The notes beneath the pieces were generated by a model, which saw nothing but the letters and a program-made list of their open reading frames with translations, had not been told where the DNA came from and ran no database searches. Position numbers and translations under genes: made by a program. From Eledone cirrhosa (Eukaryota), in contig OZ024740.1 of assembly GCA_964016885.1 (NCBI GenBank), positions 89,404,001 through 89,468,000 on the forward strand: DNA of 64,000 bases, in the 5' to 3' direction. This document shows, in pieces, positions 14,414 through 27,099 of this stretch. Position 1 is the first letter of the stretch. The number at the start of each line of letters is the position of its first letter.

Positions 14414-17400
14414 TTTCTTTATTAACCACAAGGGTTTACATAAAGTAGACATTAAGGACAGTGCAGGACAATGCAGGACGGTACAAATGGGCATTTCTGC
14501 GTGTAAAAAACAAAAACAGAGGATGTAACAAAAATAACAATGAAAATAACAATGAAAAATTCCCCAATAGGGGGGAGACTTCGGAGGGACATTTGTGGAG
14601 AAAGCCCAGTAAAAAGCCACAATGACCCTGACCACCAAGTCAAGTGCCCTCTCCCAGTTTTCCACCTTTAGTTTACAGATATATACTCAGAGTCGGCCCA
14701 TTCACTCGGGCCATTCTTGCTTCTCTCACCCATCTTTCAACAAAATGCTGGGAAGAGAGCACTTCCTTCTCTACTCTGATTTTCCTTTTCAAATGAAATT
14801 TGAAAAAGTCAATCAGAGCATCACCGAAGAGGTAAGTGCTCGTCTTCAGCCCTTTCAAACGTGTCCACCATACTATCTCTTTCGCCATGGCCACCAGACA
14901 GATAAAAACTGCCTGCCTTTCCCGGCTAAAGGAGGAGGGCGGGGCAATCCTCACGATAGACTCAGATGATAGCTGGATCCGTCCTAAACGCGACAGCAGG
15001 TGTTCGACATAAACCCACAAGTCAGCAATTTTCGGACACTGGACGAGTGCGTGCAGGACGGTTTCGTCGCCCTGCGCGCATCTCGGACATGCCCGGCTGA
15101 CGGCACCTCCATGCCTGTAGAGTTTATCCCGAACTGGCAAGGCTCCTCGGTAGCACTGCCAGGCCAGAGATTTCTGGAAGTTGTCCATAGGCCCCGGCCC
15201 GAAAGTTCTTCCGAAGAGATTGGCTAGTTGATTTTCGTCGACGCCTAGAGTTTCCCCAAGTACGTCGTCGCTCTTCCCCTCCACTAATCCTCTATAGAAC
15301 GCCGAGGTGGAGTTTCCACCGATCACATTGCCCGATTGGTCGAGGGCTGTGAGCGCCTGAAGACATTCCAGTCTCCAGGCGCTCCCTCTCGGTCTTCGCT
15401 TGACCCAGGACTGCAGCTCCGTCAAGGAAACGAGCTGGGGAAAAACGCGTCTTGCAAACGGCGACCACACCTGATCACCGTCGAGGAAGAGGTGGAGATG
15501 TCGTAGCCTGAGCGCGTGCCTGCGCATCATCAGCCACGGCATGCCCAGCCCTCCACGTAGCGGGTGTTGACAACAGATGGACCGCCTGACCATCGGAGCA
15601 CGTCCCTTCCACAAAAAGCGAAAGAGCAAACGCTCCAGCGCAGTCAGGCGAGGCTTAGGACAAGGTACGACGGTCAGGCGGTAGCAGATGACAGACGCGA
15701 TGTACGCGTTAGCCACCTCCGCTCGACCTTTCAGGGATAGCTTCCTCTCCGCCCATTTCTGGGTGAGAGAAGCCACCCTGCTCGTCACCTCGTCCCAGTT
15801 TTTGTCCGTCTGGAGGTCCGGACCGAACCAGACCCCTAGCAATTTAACCGGTCCGTCCGTCCAGCGCCCGACGACGCTGTTGGACGGCATGGACCTGCCT
15901 CTCCAGGTGCCGAGCTGCAGGCCCACTGACTTTTCCTGGTTGATCATTGCTCCTGTCACCGCTTCGTATTCTCTTAGTGTAGTGCCGATCGCCTCGATGT
16001 GTTTGGCGTTCGACACCACTACGGTGACATCGTCCGCATATGCTGACACGGATCTTCCGCATCCTAGTTCGCGCGGGACTCCCCTCAACGTCTCCAGTTT
16101 GTGCAGTAATGGCTCGAGAGTCAATACGTACAAGAGGGACGAGAGGGGACATCCTTGGCGGACCGAGCGCATGATGTTGAACGGTTCACTCTCACCACAG
16201 AGCAGATGTTGCTGTGCATGGCAGCGATCCAGCCTCTGAAGACGGGCCCAAAGCCAGCCGCCCTCAGGACTGCCGCTAGGTAACGATGGTCGACCCTATC
16301 GAAAGCTTTCGACTGATCTAAATTGATCAAGAACCCACCCGTGCCAGGTTACCTAGCTACCCTCTTTACGATGTATCGCATGAGGTGGCGGTTGTCGTGG
16401 ATGGATCTGTCGGGAATGGTGCATGTCTGCCCCTCTCCCACCAGACCACCAACGACAAGCGCCAACCTCTTTGCTAGCACCTTGGCCAAAATCTTGAACT
16501 CTGTGTTTAGCAGAGTTGTGGGCCTAAAGCTATCTATGTTATCCCCTTGTTCGGATCCTTTCTCAGCAGCGCCAGCGTTCCTCGGCTCACAGAGCTGGGA
16601 ATTCTCCCGTTCTGTTGTCTGTTGCAGTAGACGTCCGCCAAGAGGCCTCCAAACAAGTCTGGAATTTGTACGTAAAGTTCATGTGGCAGATGATCCAAAC
16701 CAGGCGATTTACCCCTTGTGCAGCCAGTCATTGCCTCACGTACTTCAGCGGCTGTTATCGGCTTTTCGCAACACTCCGCCTCAGTGGCCGAGAGCCGCGG
16801 CAGTCCGTCGAGGTAGACACTAAAGTCCATCCCTCGATCCGGCCCGGCGCTGCCCCCGAACATTTGAGCGAAGTGTCGCTGAAAAGCTTCCCATATTTGC
16901 CCGGGATCAAGTAGCATGCGCCCGTCGTGGTCCACCAAAAACCGGATCGTGGCTCTGTTGCCACGACGCGCCTCCGCCACTTGGTCAAGGGCCAATTTCG
17001 CCGCAAGTACGTCGGTCGCGATGACTTTGCTAAGCGCCTCCTCTAACTTTCTAACTAGTTCTCCCTCTGCTCTATTTTTCTCTATAGCTAAAGCGTTACT
17101 AAATCTAGTGGACTCTATTCTAATTGCTCTTTTCAGAGCAGACCAGCACTTGTTGTTGACGATGGCCCCCGTCAACGCCCGCTTAACTAGTTCGCTAATC
17201 CGGTCTCTGTAGGCCTAGCGCGCTGGTAAGGACGCGTTTAGCTTCCAGTAGCCGGGTCCTCGTCTATGAAGCCTATCTAAGTCAAGCACTCAGATCACCA
17301 ATATGTGGTCCGTGTAGCTGACTATCTTGAATTGTGGACAGCCTAAGCTAGACCTATCTATTTCCCTACAAAATACTCTATCAAGATATGATCTGGATGA

Positions 17401-20026
17401 CCCTAAACGATTTGTCCATGTCCTCATTGGCACATTCAGGAAAAACAATCAGTACCTTTTCAGACAGTTCAAAACGCCTAATCAGGTTGGTGAGGCTCTT
17501 GCACACTCCTCCCTATCCACTAATCCCACACAGTCCCAGCGTGCATCTAACATACCGTTCCAGTCGCCCACTAACACTAAAGAGCGGGACGTTCCAAGAA
17601 AGGTCTCCAGACGCCGGAAGAAATCAGGCTGCCCTGCTCCTGTCGGGGCATAGACGGCCACTAACCTGAAAGCTTGCCCTTCTCCGCTGGTCACGTCCAG
17701 CACCACCAGCTTACCTTCTGGGTCCAGGAAGATGGCCCGTATGGCAAGATCCAAACCTCTCCGAAAAAGCAAAGCAACTCCCCCCCCCCCGATCCCGGAC
17801 GGCTGGGAGATGCGTACACATCGTAGCCGCCGAAGATCGGTGCGAAGGCCCGTGCTTCGGAGATTCTGGTCTCGCTGATGGCCACTACATCTATGTTTAG
17901 TGACCTGAGGACGTTGAGCAGGTGGCCCTGCTTCCATGACGACCCCAATCCACGTGCATTTATGCTGCCTATTCTGAGTGAGGCCATGTTGAAATGGGGT
18001 GGAAAAGATGGGAAAGACCACTTACCTTACTTCTCGTAGAGGAAGGACGGTTTTTCCATCCTTTTCACTGCTTGTGGCCTCCCCAGGCAGGATGTCCTTA
18101 TTAATCCTCCTGGAGAGTGCTTGTCGGAAGTCTCCAATGTCTTTGGGGAATTTTTGTTTTAGTGTCATGTACGTTTTCTGTGTGATGCGAGTGATTTGCA
18201 TGTGTGGAGGTGTGAATTTTTGTGTAGTCTTTTTCTGTGATGCTGGTGTTGTGTTAGATGTAGTGTAATAATTGGTTGTTGTTCAAATTTAATGATGTGT
18301 AGTGTGTATCGTTTTGGTTGTTTTGTTTTGTTTGCGTTTGTTGTGAGTTTGTTTCTGTTATGCTTTTTGGTCACTTTTGTGGTGTTGGTGTTTGTGGTGA
18401 TGGGGTTGGTGATGCTTTTTTCCTGATACCGTTTCCCACTCCTCGTCGTCACAATCTGTCTCCAGTTGTGATAGGCCGGGGAGTGGAAAATCCTCCACAG
18501 GCGTTAGTTTTGTTTGTGGCGTGATGGATGGTGTAGGAGCTGGTGCTAGTTCTGAATAGTTGGGTGGTGGTGGTGTTGGTTTTGCTACTGTTGGTGGAGT
18601 TGTTGTTATAGTTGCTTCTGTTGTTGCTGCTACAGTTGTTGCTGCCATCTCCGCTACTGGTGGTGTTGATGGTTGAGTCACTGGGGTGGGTAGGAGCGGT
18701 GGCCTCAACCTTTTAGCCTGAGGGCAGAGAAAGCCGTTAGGTGGCTTCCTTCACCACAAACGACACACCTAGGCCTTCTGCCCTTGACAATTACGGTGAA
18801 GTGGCTGCCGTCAGTGAGGTCTATTACCTCTGCGATCTCCTCAATACTTTTTTGGTCAGCTTGGATCAGGAGCACCATCCCAGATCCGGACCAGTTCTCC
18901 TGCTTTTCATTTGATATTGCTATTATTTTCGTGTTGGCTTCGATGCCGGCCAGGACGGCCGCCATTAGCCAGGGAATTTCGGTGGCCGGTGGAACGTCGG
19001 TCTCGCTGATCTTTACGAGTCTCTGGCCACAATAGCTTGGAACGAGTGTGAAGTCGTCACTTCTTAATGGGGCCATGGAGTGTTCTCTAGCCTCCTCTGG
19101 TGTTTCAAAGAACACGTCCACGGTTCTATACTTCTGGCCAAGTCTGATGTGGGTTTTTCTTGCCCACACATGTCCCAAAGCTTTTTGGATTTGGGACGCG
19201 GATGCCCGTTCCACTCGGCGCGATTTTACATTAATTGTTCGATACGACACGGTGCATAGGCGCCGATGCTCCATTTTATTAGGTGGAGGGTGAGGCTGAC
19301 CCTGTACCCATCTTTCTTTACCATTTTTTTGGCATTTTCTAATTCCTCCTGAGTTATCTGAAATGCTTCGCACTGTTTTGCTACTCTCGTAAAACTCAGG
19401 GTGGTTTTTTTAATGTCATTGTTGCTGTTGTTGTTATCGTTATTTTTGTTATTATTAATTTTAGTTTCAGTTGTGGTGGTGGTGACGTCAGTGGTGTTCG
19501 GTATGGAAGAGTCCATTTTGGTTGAATTCATTTCGACATCAGGAGTTAATTTATATTTTTCTTTTGTTTCTGTTGTCGCGGTGGTGGTGGGGGTGGGGGG
19601 TTGTCGCGGTGGTGGTGGTGGTGGTGGCGGCTTTAACACCTGCAGTCATTGGTAATGGCGGGAAATGAATGTCTGCCTGAGACAAATTAAAAATATTGCT
19701 ACTGCTTAAATTTTTAGTGTTGGCAAACGTAGTAATATTTTCAATGGTGGTGTCGGTGTGAGGTGTTAGTTTATGAGGAAGGCTGTCAGCTTCGTGTGGC
19801 TGTGAGACTTCCATGTTTTTTTTCAAAGAAATTATTTTTTGATAATTATAAATTTTTAAATTTTGGGCACAAGGCACCAATCTTTTTGGGTGTCCTTTTC
19901 GGAAAACAATGTATGTGCGCTTATATACAGTTAACAATAAAATTTTCCATAAATGGCAATTTTCAACAAACGGAAACAACAAACATTTGCGGAGCTCATG
20001 TAATACGATTTACTACGTAGGTGGCC
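14412..20026 (-). mobile_element. Full-length decayed Tx1/L1-clade LINE (copy 2) with ORF1 and ORF2
   Basis: ORF1 pieces at 18705-19982 include the zinc knuckle remnant CVVCGEGSH. ORF2 starts at 17987 with MASLRIGSINARGL and carries VYAP and GDWN (APE endonuclease), RT and CCHC through 14673. Flanked by (TAA)n. Confidence 0.9.
14673..17987 (-). pseudogene. Tx1 ORF2 (APE endonuclease, RT, zinc finger), frameshifted
   Basis: ORF fragments 17691-17987, 17482-18021, 16534-17175, 16121-16330 and 14673-16172. A short deletion near 16185 relative to copy 1 shifts the frame. Confidence 0.88.
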
Positions 20027-20065
<39 letters not shown>

Positions 20066-20067
<2 letters not shown>

Positions 20068-23062
20068 TTTCATTTATTAGCCACAAGGGCCGACATGTAG
20101 GTCAAGTAAAAAAGGTCGAGTAAAAGTGCACAATGGTAAGACTAATTTAACAATGAAAATATAAAAATATAAAATAAACTATGCATAAATATAACAAAAT
20201 AAATTCCCCGATAGGGGGTGGACGATGCTGGGGTGATTCGGGTACCCCACTAATGCTGAACCATACTGCGCTTCTAGGGCACCCCTCTCCTCAAGTTAGC
20301 CAGCCTATAGGCGCATGGTCAGAGTAGGCCAATTCACACGAGCCATTCTCGCCACATTCACCCACCTTTTAGCAAATGTACTGGGGAGAAGCACTTCTCT
20401 CTCCAGCCTCACCTTACTTTCCAGGTGAAACTTGAAGAAGTTGATGAGGGATTGGCCGAAGAGAAAAGTGTCTGTCTTTAGTCCTTTCCACCTGGTCCAC
20501 TATATAATCTCTTTCGCAACTGCCACCAGACAGAGGAAAATTTCCTGCTCTTCCTGACCTAAGGAAGGCGGTGGATCGATCTTCACTATGGGCTCAGCCG
20601 ATAGCCGGATTCGTTCCACACGCGACAGTAGCTGTTCGACATAACTCCACAAGTCAGTAATGCACGGACAATGGACAAGTGCGTGCAGAACGGTTTCGTC
20701 GTTCTGTGCGCAACTTGGGCAGGTCCGTCTGACAGCACTTCCGTGCCTGTAGAGTTTGTCCCGAACCGGCAGTGCCCCCCGGTAGCACTGCCAAGCGAGG
20801 GATTCCTGGAAATTGTCCATCGTCCCTGGCTCAAACGTCCTCCGTTACAGACTGGTCAGATCGACTTCGTCGAGGCCCAAATCTTCTCCGAGTGCGTCAT
20901 CGCACTTGCCCACCACTAATCCTCTGTAGAACTCGAGAGTGGAAGTTCCACTGATCGCATTTCCCGCTTGGTAGTGGGCAGTGAGTGCCTGACAACATTC
21001 CAGGTGCCAGTCACCCAGTCTCGGTCTCTTCTTGGCCCAGGACTGCAGCTCAGTCAAAGAAATGAGCTGCGAAAAGGCCCGTCTGATAAACGGTGACCAC
21101 ACCTGTTCACCGTTGAGGCAAAATATCTGGAGATGTCGCAGTCTCAACGCATGTCTGCGCATCATTAGCCACGGCATGCCCAGCCCTCCGCGTAGAGGGT
21201 GCTGGCAGCAGATGGACCGCCTCAGCAACGGAACTTGTCCCCTCCACAACAATTTGAAGAGGAGCCGTTCCAACTTGACGAGGCGCGGACGGGGGCAAGG
21301 CACGACGGTCAGGTGGTAGTAGATGACGGACGCGATGTACGCATTCGCCACCTCCGCGCGACCTTTCAGTGATAGCTTCCTCCCAGTCCATTTTTGGGTG
21401 AGACTGGCTACTCTGCTCGTTACCTCGTCCCAATTCTTTTCCACCTAGAGGTCTGGTACGAACCAAACCCCGAGCAACTTTAGCGGTCCGTCCGTCCAGC
21501 ACCCCACGACGTTGTTGGACGGCATGGGCTTGCCTCTAGAGGTTCCGAGCTGCAAGCCCACCGACCATTCCGGGTTAAGTTTGGCTCCTTTCAACCTTTC
21601 ATATTCCTTCAATAAGGTGCCGACCACCTCGATTTCTGAGGTGTTCGACACCATCACGGTGATGTCGTCTGCATAAGCCGACACCGCCTTTCCACGTCCC
21701 GGTTCGAGCGGGATGCCCTGCAACAGCTCCAGCTTCCGCAGTAAAGGCTCGAGAGTCAATACATACAGAAATGAAGAGGGGGGCACCCTTGACGCACCGA
21801 TCGGGAGAGCTCAAATGGTTCCGAGAGGTGGCCATTAACCTTGACCACCGAGCGTGTGCCGCTGTGCATTGCAACGATCCAGCTTCTAAAGACAGGGCCG
21901 AAGCCAGGTTTACACCCTACCCTCTCTATGATGGATCGCATGAGGTGAAGATTGTCGTGTATGGACCTGGCTGGGATTGCGCAGGTTTGCGCCTCCACAA
22001 TCAAATCCTCGACGACAAGCGCCAATCTCTTTGCTAACACCTTGGCCAAAATCTTAAACTCTGTGTTGAGCAGAGTTATGGGCCTGAATTTGTCTAATGT
22101 ATCCCTCTTGTTGTCGTCTTTCCTTATCAGCGTCACCACTCCCCTGCTCACAGAACTGGGAATACTCCCATTCTGCTGCCAGTTGCAGTAGAGTGGTTCG
22201 AGGAGTTCGGAGAACAAGTCTGGCATATTTACGTAAAGCTCGTTGGGCAGGCTATCCAAACCGGGTGACTTGCGCCTCATGTAGCCGACAAGGGCGTCCT
22301 GAATTTCGGTTGAAGTAATCGGCTTTCGCAGCGCTCAGCGTGAACCGTCGAGATGCGCGGCAAGCCGTCAAGGTAGGGACTGATATGCGCTACTCTCTCT
22401 GACTCGCCACTCTCCCTGAACAACCGAGCAAAGTGCTGGCGAAAGGCCTCACACATCCGCTTGGAATCGCTTATCTCGTGTCCGTCTCGGTCCGCCAAAG
22501 ACCGAATTGTGGTTTTATTACAACGCTGCGCCTCCGCCACGCGGGCCCATCGAACAGCTTTAGTTCCCTCGTTTCTCAGCGCACGCGCCTTAGCTCTGAC
22601 AATGCAACCTTCGTGTTTCGCATTGAAGAAATGGTCTAATGCCATTCTCGCCGCTAGCACGTCAGTTGCGATGCCACTGCAAATAGCCTCGTCTAACTTA
22701 TCTACCAGCTCACCCTCCTTTCTATTTTTCTCTAGCGCTAGTTCTTTGCTGAAATCTATCGAATTTACTCTAATATCTCTTTTGAGAGCCACCCATTATC
22801 TGTTGTTGATGATCCCCCCTGTCAACTTTTGCTTAACTAAGTTGTTGACTCGGTCCCTGTAAGCCTTACGTGCCGGAAATGACATGTTCAGCTTCCAGTA
22901 ACCCGGTCCTAACCTACGCGTTTTATTTATGTCGACCTTACAGATCACACATTTGTGATCTGAATAGGCGACCGTTTTAAAAAGTGGACAGCCCACACTA
23001 TTTTTATCTATTTTCCTAATGAAGATCCTGTCTATATACGATCTAGATGACCCTATGCGGTT
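20066..23062 (-). mobile_element. 5'-truncated Tx1/L1-clade LINE of a second subfamily (copy 3)
   Basis: Motifs YIDRIF...SDH...GYWKLN, FRPITLLNTEFKILAK, AYADD and CPSC...HALVHC. The 3' UTR is distinct from copies 1 and 2. The 3' end lies in (TAA)n. Confidence 0.88.
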
Positions 23063-23727
23063 TTTCTGAGGTAGAGTTATTTTATTTTTATCTGGGTACC
23101 TATTGATAAACACAGAAAAAGTTGATTAACTCACTGCTAATTAGTTAATTATTTTACTATTATACCATCCTTTGTGAAACATGTTTGAAGGTTGAAGTTC
23201 TGACCGATCTGCGGAAAAAGTTTGTATTTTGAATTTTAAACGTGTCTAGGTACCAAGGCTTTTTGCCCATATGAGTCTGTGAGTATTGATTTATTATTTT
23301 CTAGATCGTACAGGCAGACCTTATGTTGTTTAATTAAGATTTTTCACTCTAGCAATCTTATTAGTCAATTGCAACTAAAACATGTAAATGTTCATCAAAT
23401 ATTAAGTTATACTGCTCAGAAGCGATTTCTAGAGCTGAAATGATTTTAAATGACCTCTTTGAGTCTAAACTCTAAGCTTTTTATCACTGCTCCCCCCAGG
23501 TGAGCTGAATTTTGTAATCCCATATAAACGGCTGTTATTTCTAGCACTATGTGTGGGACGTTAGAGGACTGGAATAAGCCGTGTGCAAAACCTCGTGTAT
23601 TTTCGCTACGCTAACCGGACCTTAGATATTTTTCTGAGGTAGTGTTATTTTATTTTTATCTGGGTACCTATTGATAAACACAGAAAAAGTTGATTAACAA
23701 TTGCAACTAAAACATGTAAATGTTCAT

Positions 23728-23733
<6 letters not shown>
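23062..23733. repeat. Unclassified ~670-bp insert with internal direct duplications
   Basis: 23062-23130 repeats at 23632-23698, and 23368-23403 repeats at 23699-23733. Followed by (TA)n. Confidence 0.55.
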
Positions 23734-23786
<53 letters not shown>

Positions 23787-23895
23787 TTTGCCAGAGCCAC
23801 CCTTATTAATATTTTACATTTTACATTTACACATATCATTACCCTTGTAGACAAAAGTCACTGACCCGTTGCCAAACTCTCTACTCTGGGTTGTA

Positions 23896-23934
<39 letters not shown>

Positions 23935-24194
23935 CACTCAGTCAAACGACCAGATTTCAATCCCAACATATACAACAACAATAACACCGGCACTAATGTT
24001 TACAGCAACATCAGCTTCAGAATGAAATAAAATGAACAACATTTACAACATCTGATGATAAAAAAAAAATAACACAGACGCAGTACAACAACAACATCAA
24101 GTGCCACCACCATCAACACCACCATCCACCGACGCCATCGCCATCACCATCACCAGCGATCGGGCCTTAAGAAAACAACAACTTTAATGATAAT

Positions 24195-24310
24195 AATGTG
24201 TATGCTTTTGGCAAGGAGCCAGCGATTTTTCCAGCGCATTACTGGTGCTCTCTTTTGTTGACTGCGTGGGGATGAAAGGCAAGGTTGACCACGGCGGGAT
24301 TTGAGCTCGG
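24195..24310 (-). mobile_element. Degenerate partial SINE
   Basis: ggatgaaaggcaaggttgaccacggcgggatttgagctc is the reverse complement of the SINE core. Confidence 0.7.
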
Positions 24311-24417
24311 AGCTTTAAAGCAATTATAATAATACTGAACAGTAACACGAAGGGCTTCAATTATACGAACTCTTTCGAAAGTCAACAATTTACATAATCT
24401 TGTATCAGTTGTGACGA

Positions 24418-24667
<250 letters not shown>

Positions 24668-24689
24668 CTACCCAACTCGTCCCATGGAC

Positions 24690-25490
24690 TGAGTGTTCTA
24701 CCACTACGGATATTACCTTCCAGTGTCCTACCACTATATATATATAGTGCAAATTTGGACGGGAACGAAACAGAGGGGCAGACAAATAAAGGTTTATTAG
24801 GTTCACGCTCTTAAGAGTGGGGGGGGGGGTCGACATATCGGGCATAAGCCTTTCTTCAGGAGAAAATAGGTTAGGAAGAGAGTTTCGAGGGTGTGTGGGG
24901 TAGGGGTAGAAATACATTTAGAAAAAAGGGGGAAGGAGAACAAATAAAAATAAAAATAGACGTAAAAATAAACATGAGAATAAACAATAAAATGAACACA
25001 TGGTGGAATGGTGTGAGGCGTGTAAGGGTTGTGGCGGGTGGAGTTGGGAGAGGGAGGCGGGGGGTCGAAGCGGGTAAGGCTGAAGGTGGTGTTTGTGTAT
25101 GTGTGAAGGTGTACGTGTTTGTATGTGTGCGTGGGTATGTGAACGTGAGAGTTGGGAGACGAACGAGGTTCCATGTTCAGGAAAAGGTGTGTGCGTTGGG
25201 TGGGGTGTAAGTGGGTGTGTGCGCACGGGTGAAGGGAGAGGGGTAATGTGTGTGTGTGTGGGGGGGGGGGGATTTCGGAGGTGGAGTGTGTATATGTGAG
25301 GGTACGCACGTGTGTGTTTGTGTTTATACGTGGTGTGGATGTAGGTGGCGTGGTGCGAAAATAAAAGAGTGTATGTTCGTGGGTAAGTTCCTGAGCTAGT
25401 TCCGTCGAGCGTTGCTGGATATTTTTCATGCTATGGCGTGGCTGATTAGAGAGATGACCGATGGTGTAGAATCAAAAGTTGGTGGTGATA
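24690..25490 (-). mobile_element. 3' remnant of a Penelope-like element with a degenerate minimal hammerhead at 24830-24861
   Basis: Minus strand TC-CTGAAGA-AAGGCTTATGCCC-GATA-TGTC-GA resembles the CTGAAGAAGGG...CCCGAAACGTC PLE motif. CA-rich 3' region, bounded by (TA)n. Confidence 0.5.
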
Positions 25491-25502
25491 TATATATATG
25501 TG

Positions 25503-25564
<62 letters not shown>

Positions 25565-25615
25565 GAATAAAATAATAGCAGGCTGGACTGGTTTAAATCC
25601 TTGAAAAGTTTATTT

Positions 25616-25671
25616 TACAATGATCATTTCAATGACCGGGTTCCGTATGGATCCGGTGATATCATCAGGTA
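25616..25671 (-). ncRNA. Type I hammerhead ribozyme (family C)
   Basis: TAC-CTGATGA-long stem II (ACCGGATCC ATAC GGAACCCGGT)-GAAA-TGATCA-TT-GTA. Same family as 58606 and 58778. Confidence 0.75.
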
Positions 25672-25964
25672 TTCGAAATATAACAAAAAGAATATATAAA
25701 ATCCATGGGTCCGAAAATCAGAGAGGACGACTGACCAACTAGCTGTATTCACCTCGGTCAGTCGCCCTGAAGTGATTGTTATTCGGTCTACTAATGACCA
25801 TCCAGTGAAGGAGCGAAGGCTTATAATGTACAACCACCTCTCCGTCAGAGAATTAAAAAAGCGAAGAAAGAACGAGGAACATTCAGCGTAAGGGTCACAC
25901 TACAGTCAGGCAAGAAAACGCGGCGAAAATGTTATTCCAAAGAACCTATATTTTAACAAAGGCA

Positions 25965-26144
25965 TATATAATGGGTGTCTGTATGGTCAAATGTGGGAAC
26001 AGAAAATTGGAACGTTAACTTATGTTAAGAGTTAAAGGATGAAATTAAATTAAAAGTTAACTTTTAATTAAATTTCCTCCTTTAACTCCTAACATATATA
26101 CGTTCCAATTCTCTGTTCACACATTTGACCATACAGACACCCAT

Positions 26145-26152
<8 letters not shown>
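25965..26152. repeat. ~190-bp imperfect palindrome next to (TA)n
   Basis: taatgggtgtctgtatggtcaaatgtg...cacatttgaccatacagacacccatta, centred on aaaagttaactttt. Confidence 0.85.
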
Positions 26153-26235
<83 letters not shown>

Positions 26236-26242
<7 letters not shown>

Positions 26243-26830
26243 TAACAGATTAAACAAAGAATCGCTGCTTTCACCCTTAGTCTACGACTTCTGCTATACC
26301 ATTTACGTGGTTTTGTCTTTGCACGCTATTGTTCTCCACGCTCCACATATGACTTATTATCTTCGTTTTTTCGTTCATTGCCAGAGAACGTCTCTATGCA
26401 CCACTTAGAGAACATTAGTCTACGACCTCTTTTATACCATAAACGTGGTTCTCTCCTTGCACGTAATTGTTTTTCACCGCTCCTATTAATGACGTATTAT
26501 ACACTGGGATAATTGCTGGCCTTGTGCCAAAAGTAGAAACAATTATTCGTTTTTTCCCGTTCTTTGCCAGCGAACGTCACCATGAACCAAAGCATCGTCT
26601 TCCTGTCTTCCTCCGGTTGCAACGTTTTTTTAAATATCCAGTTCTGCGTTTACAGATTGACTTTGTTAGTTTCAGAAGATCCCGTTAAGGGTGAAAGCAG
26701 CGATTCTTTGCTTAAACTTTAATCTGTTATTTTAATAAATATTTGCTCTTCGGTTCTTATATATTTGATATATATTTTCCTTATCGAGCCCTCTCTGGAT
26801 TTTAGTCTTCAATTTTATTATTATTACTAT
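26236..26830 (+). repeat. Family D Penelope-like pLTR with a short 5' inverted piece and a SINE fragment at about 26500-26545
   Basis: Matches 52200-52710. 26236-26280 is an inverted copy of about 26685-26735. Confidence 0.8.
26652..26727 (+). ncRNA. Type I hammerhead, U4A core variant (family D)
   Basis: GTTT-CAGAAGA(26673)-T.CCC GTTAA GGG.T-GAAA-GCA...TGC-TT-AAAC, plus distal stem I ACAGATT/AATCTGT. Confidence 0.7.
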
Positions 26831-27099
26831 TATTATTACTATATATATATATATAAATTAATAAAATAATGAATAAACAAAGAAACAGTTCCTTATATTA
26901 AAAAAAATCATCATTTTACGATCGTTTCTAGGATATATATGTGTTAGAGTTGGTATGCATATTCTATAGATCTATGTACAATATTTACAATATTTATACA
27001 AACTATCAGAGGGAATATACATACCTACACATATATATGCTGTCTTCAGAAATAATGATATTTGTTTATTGAAAAAAACAAAGATTCAATACAATTGGT

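Noticed and set aside
12022-16239. Long antisense ORFs within the Tx1 copies
   Set aside because: Shadows of GC-rich RT coding sequence on the opposite strand.
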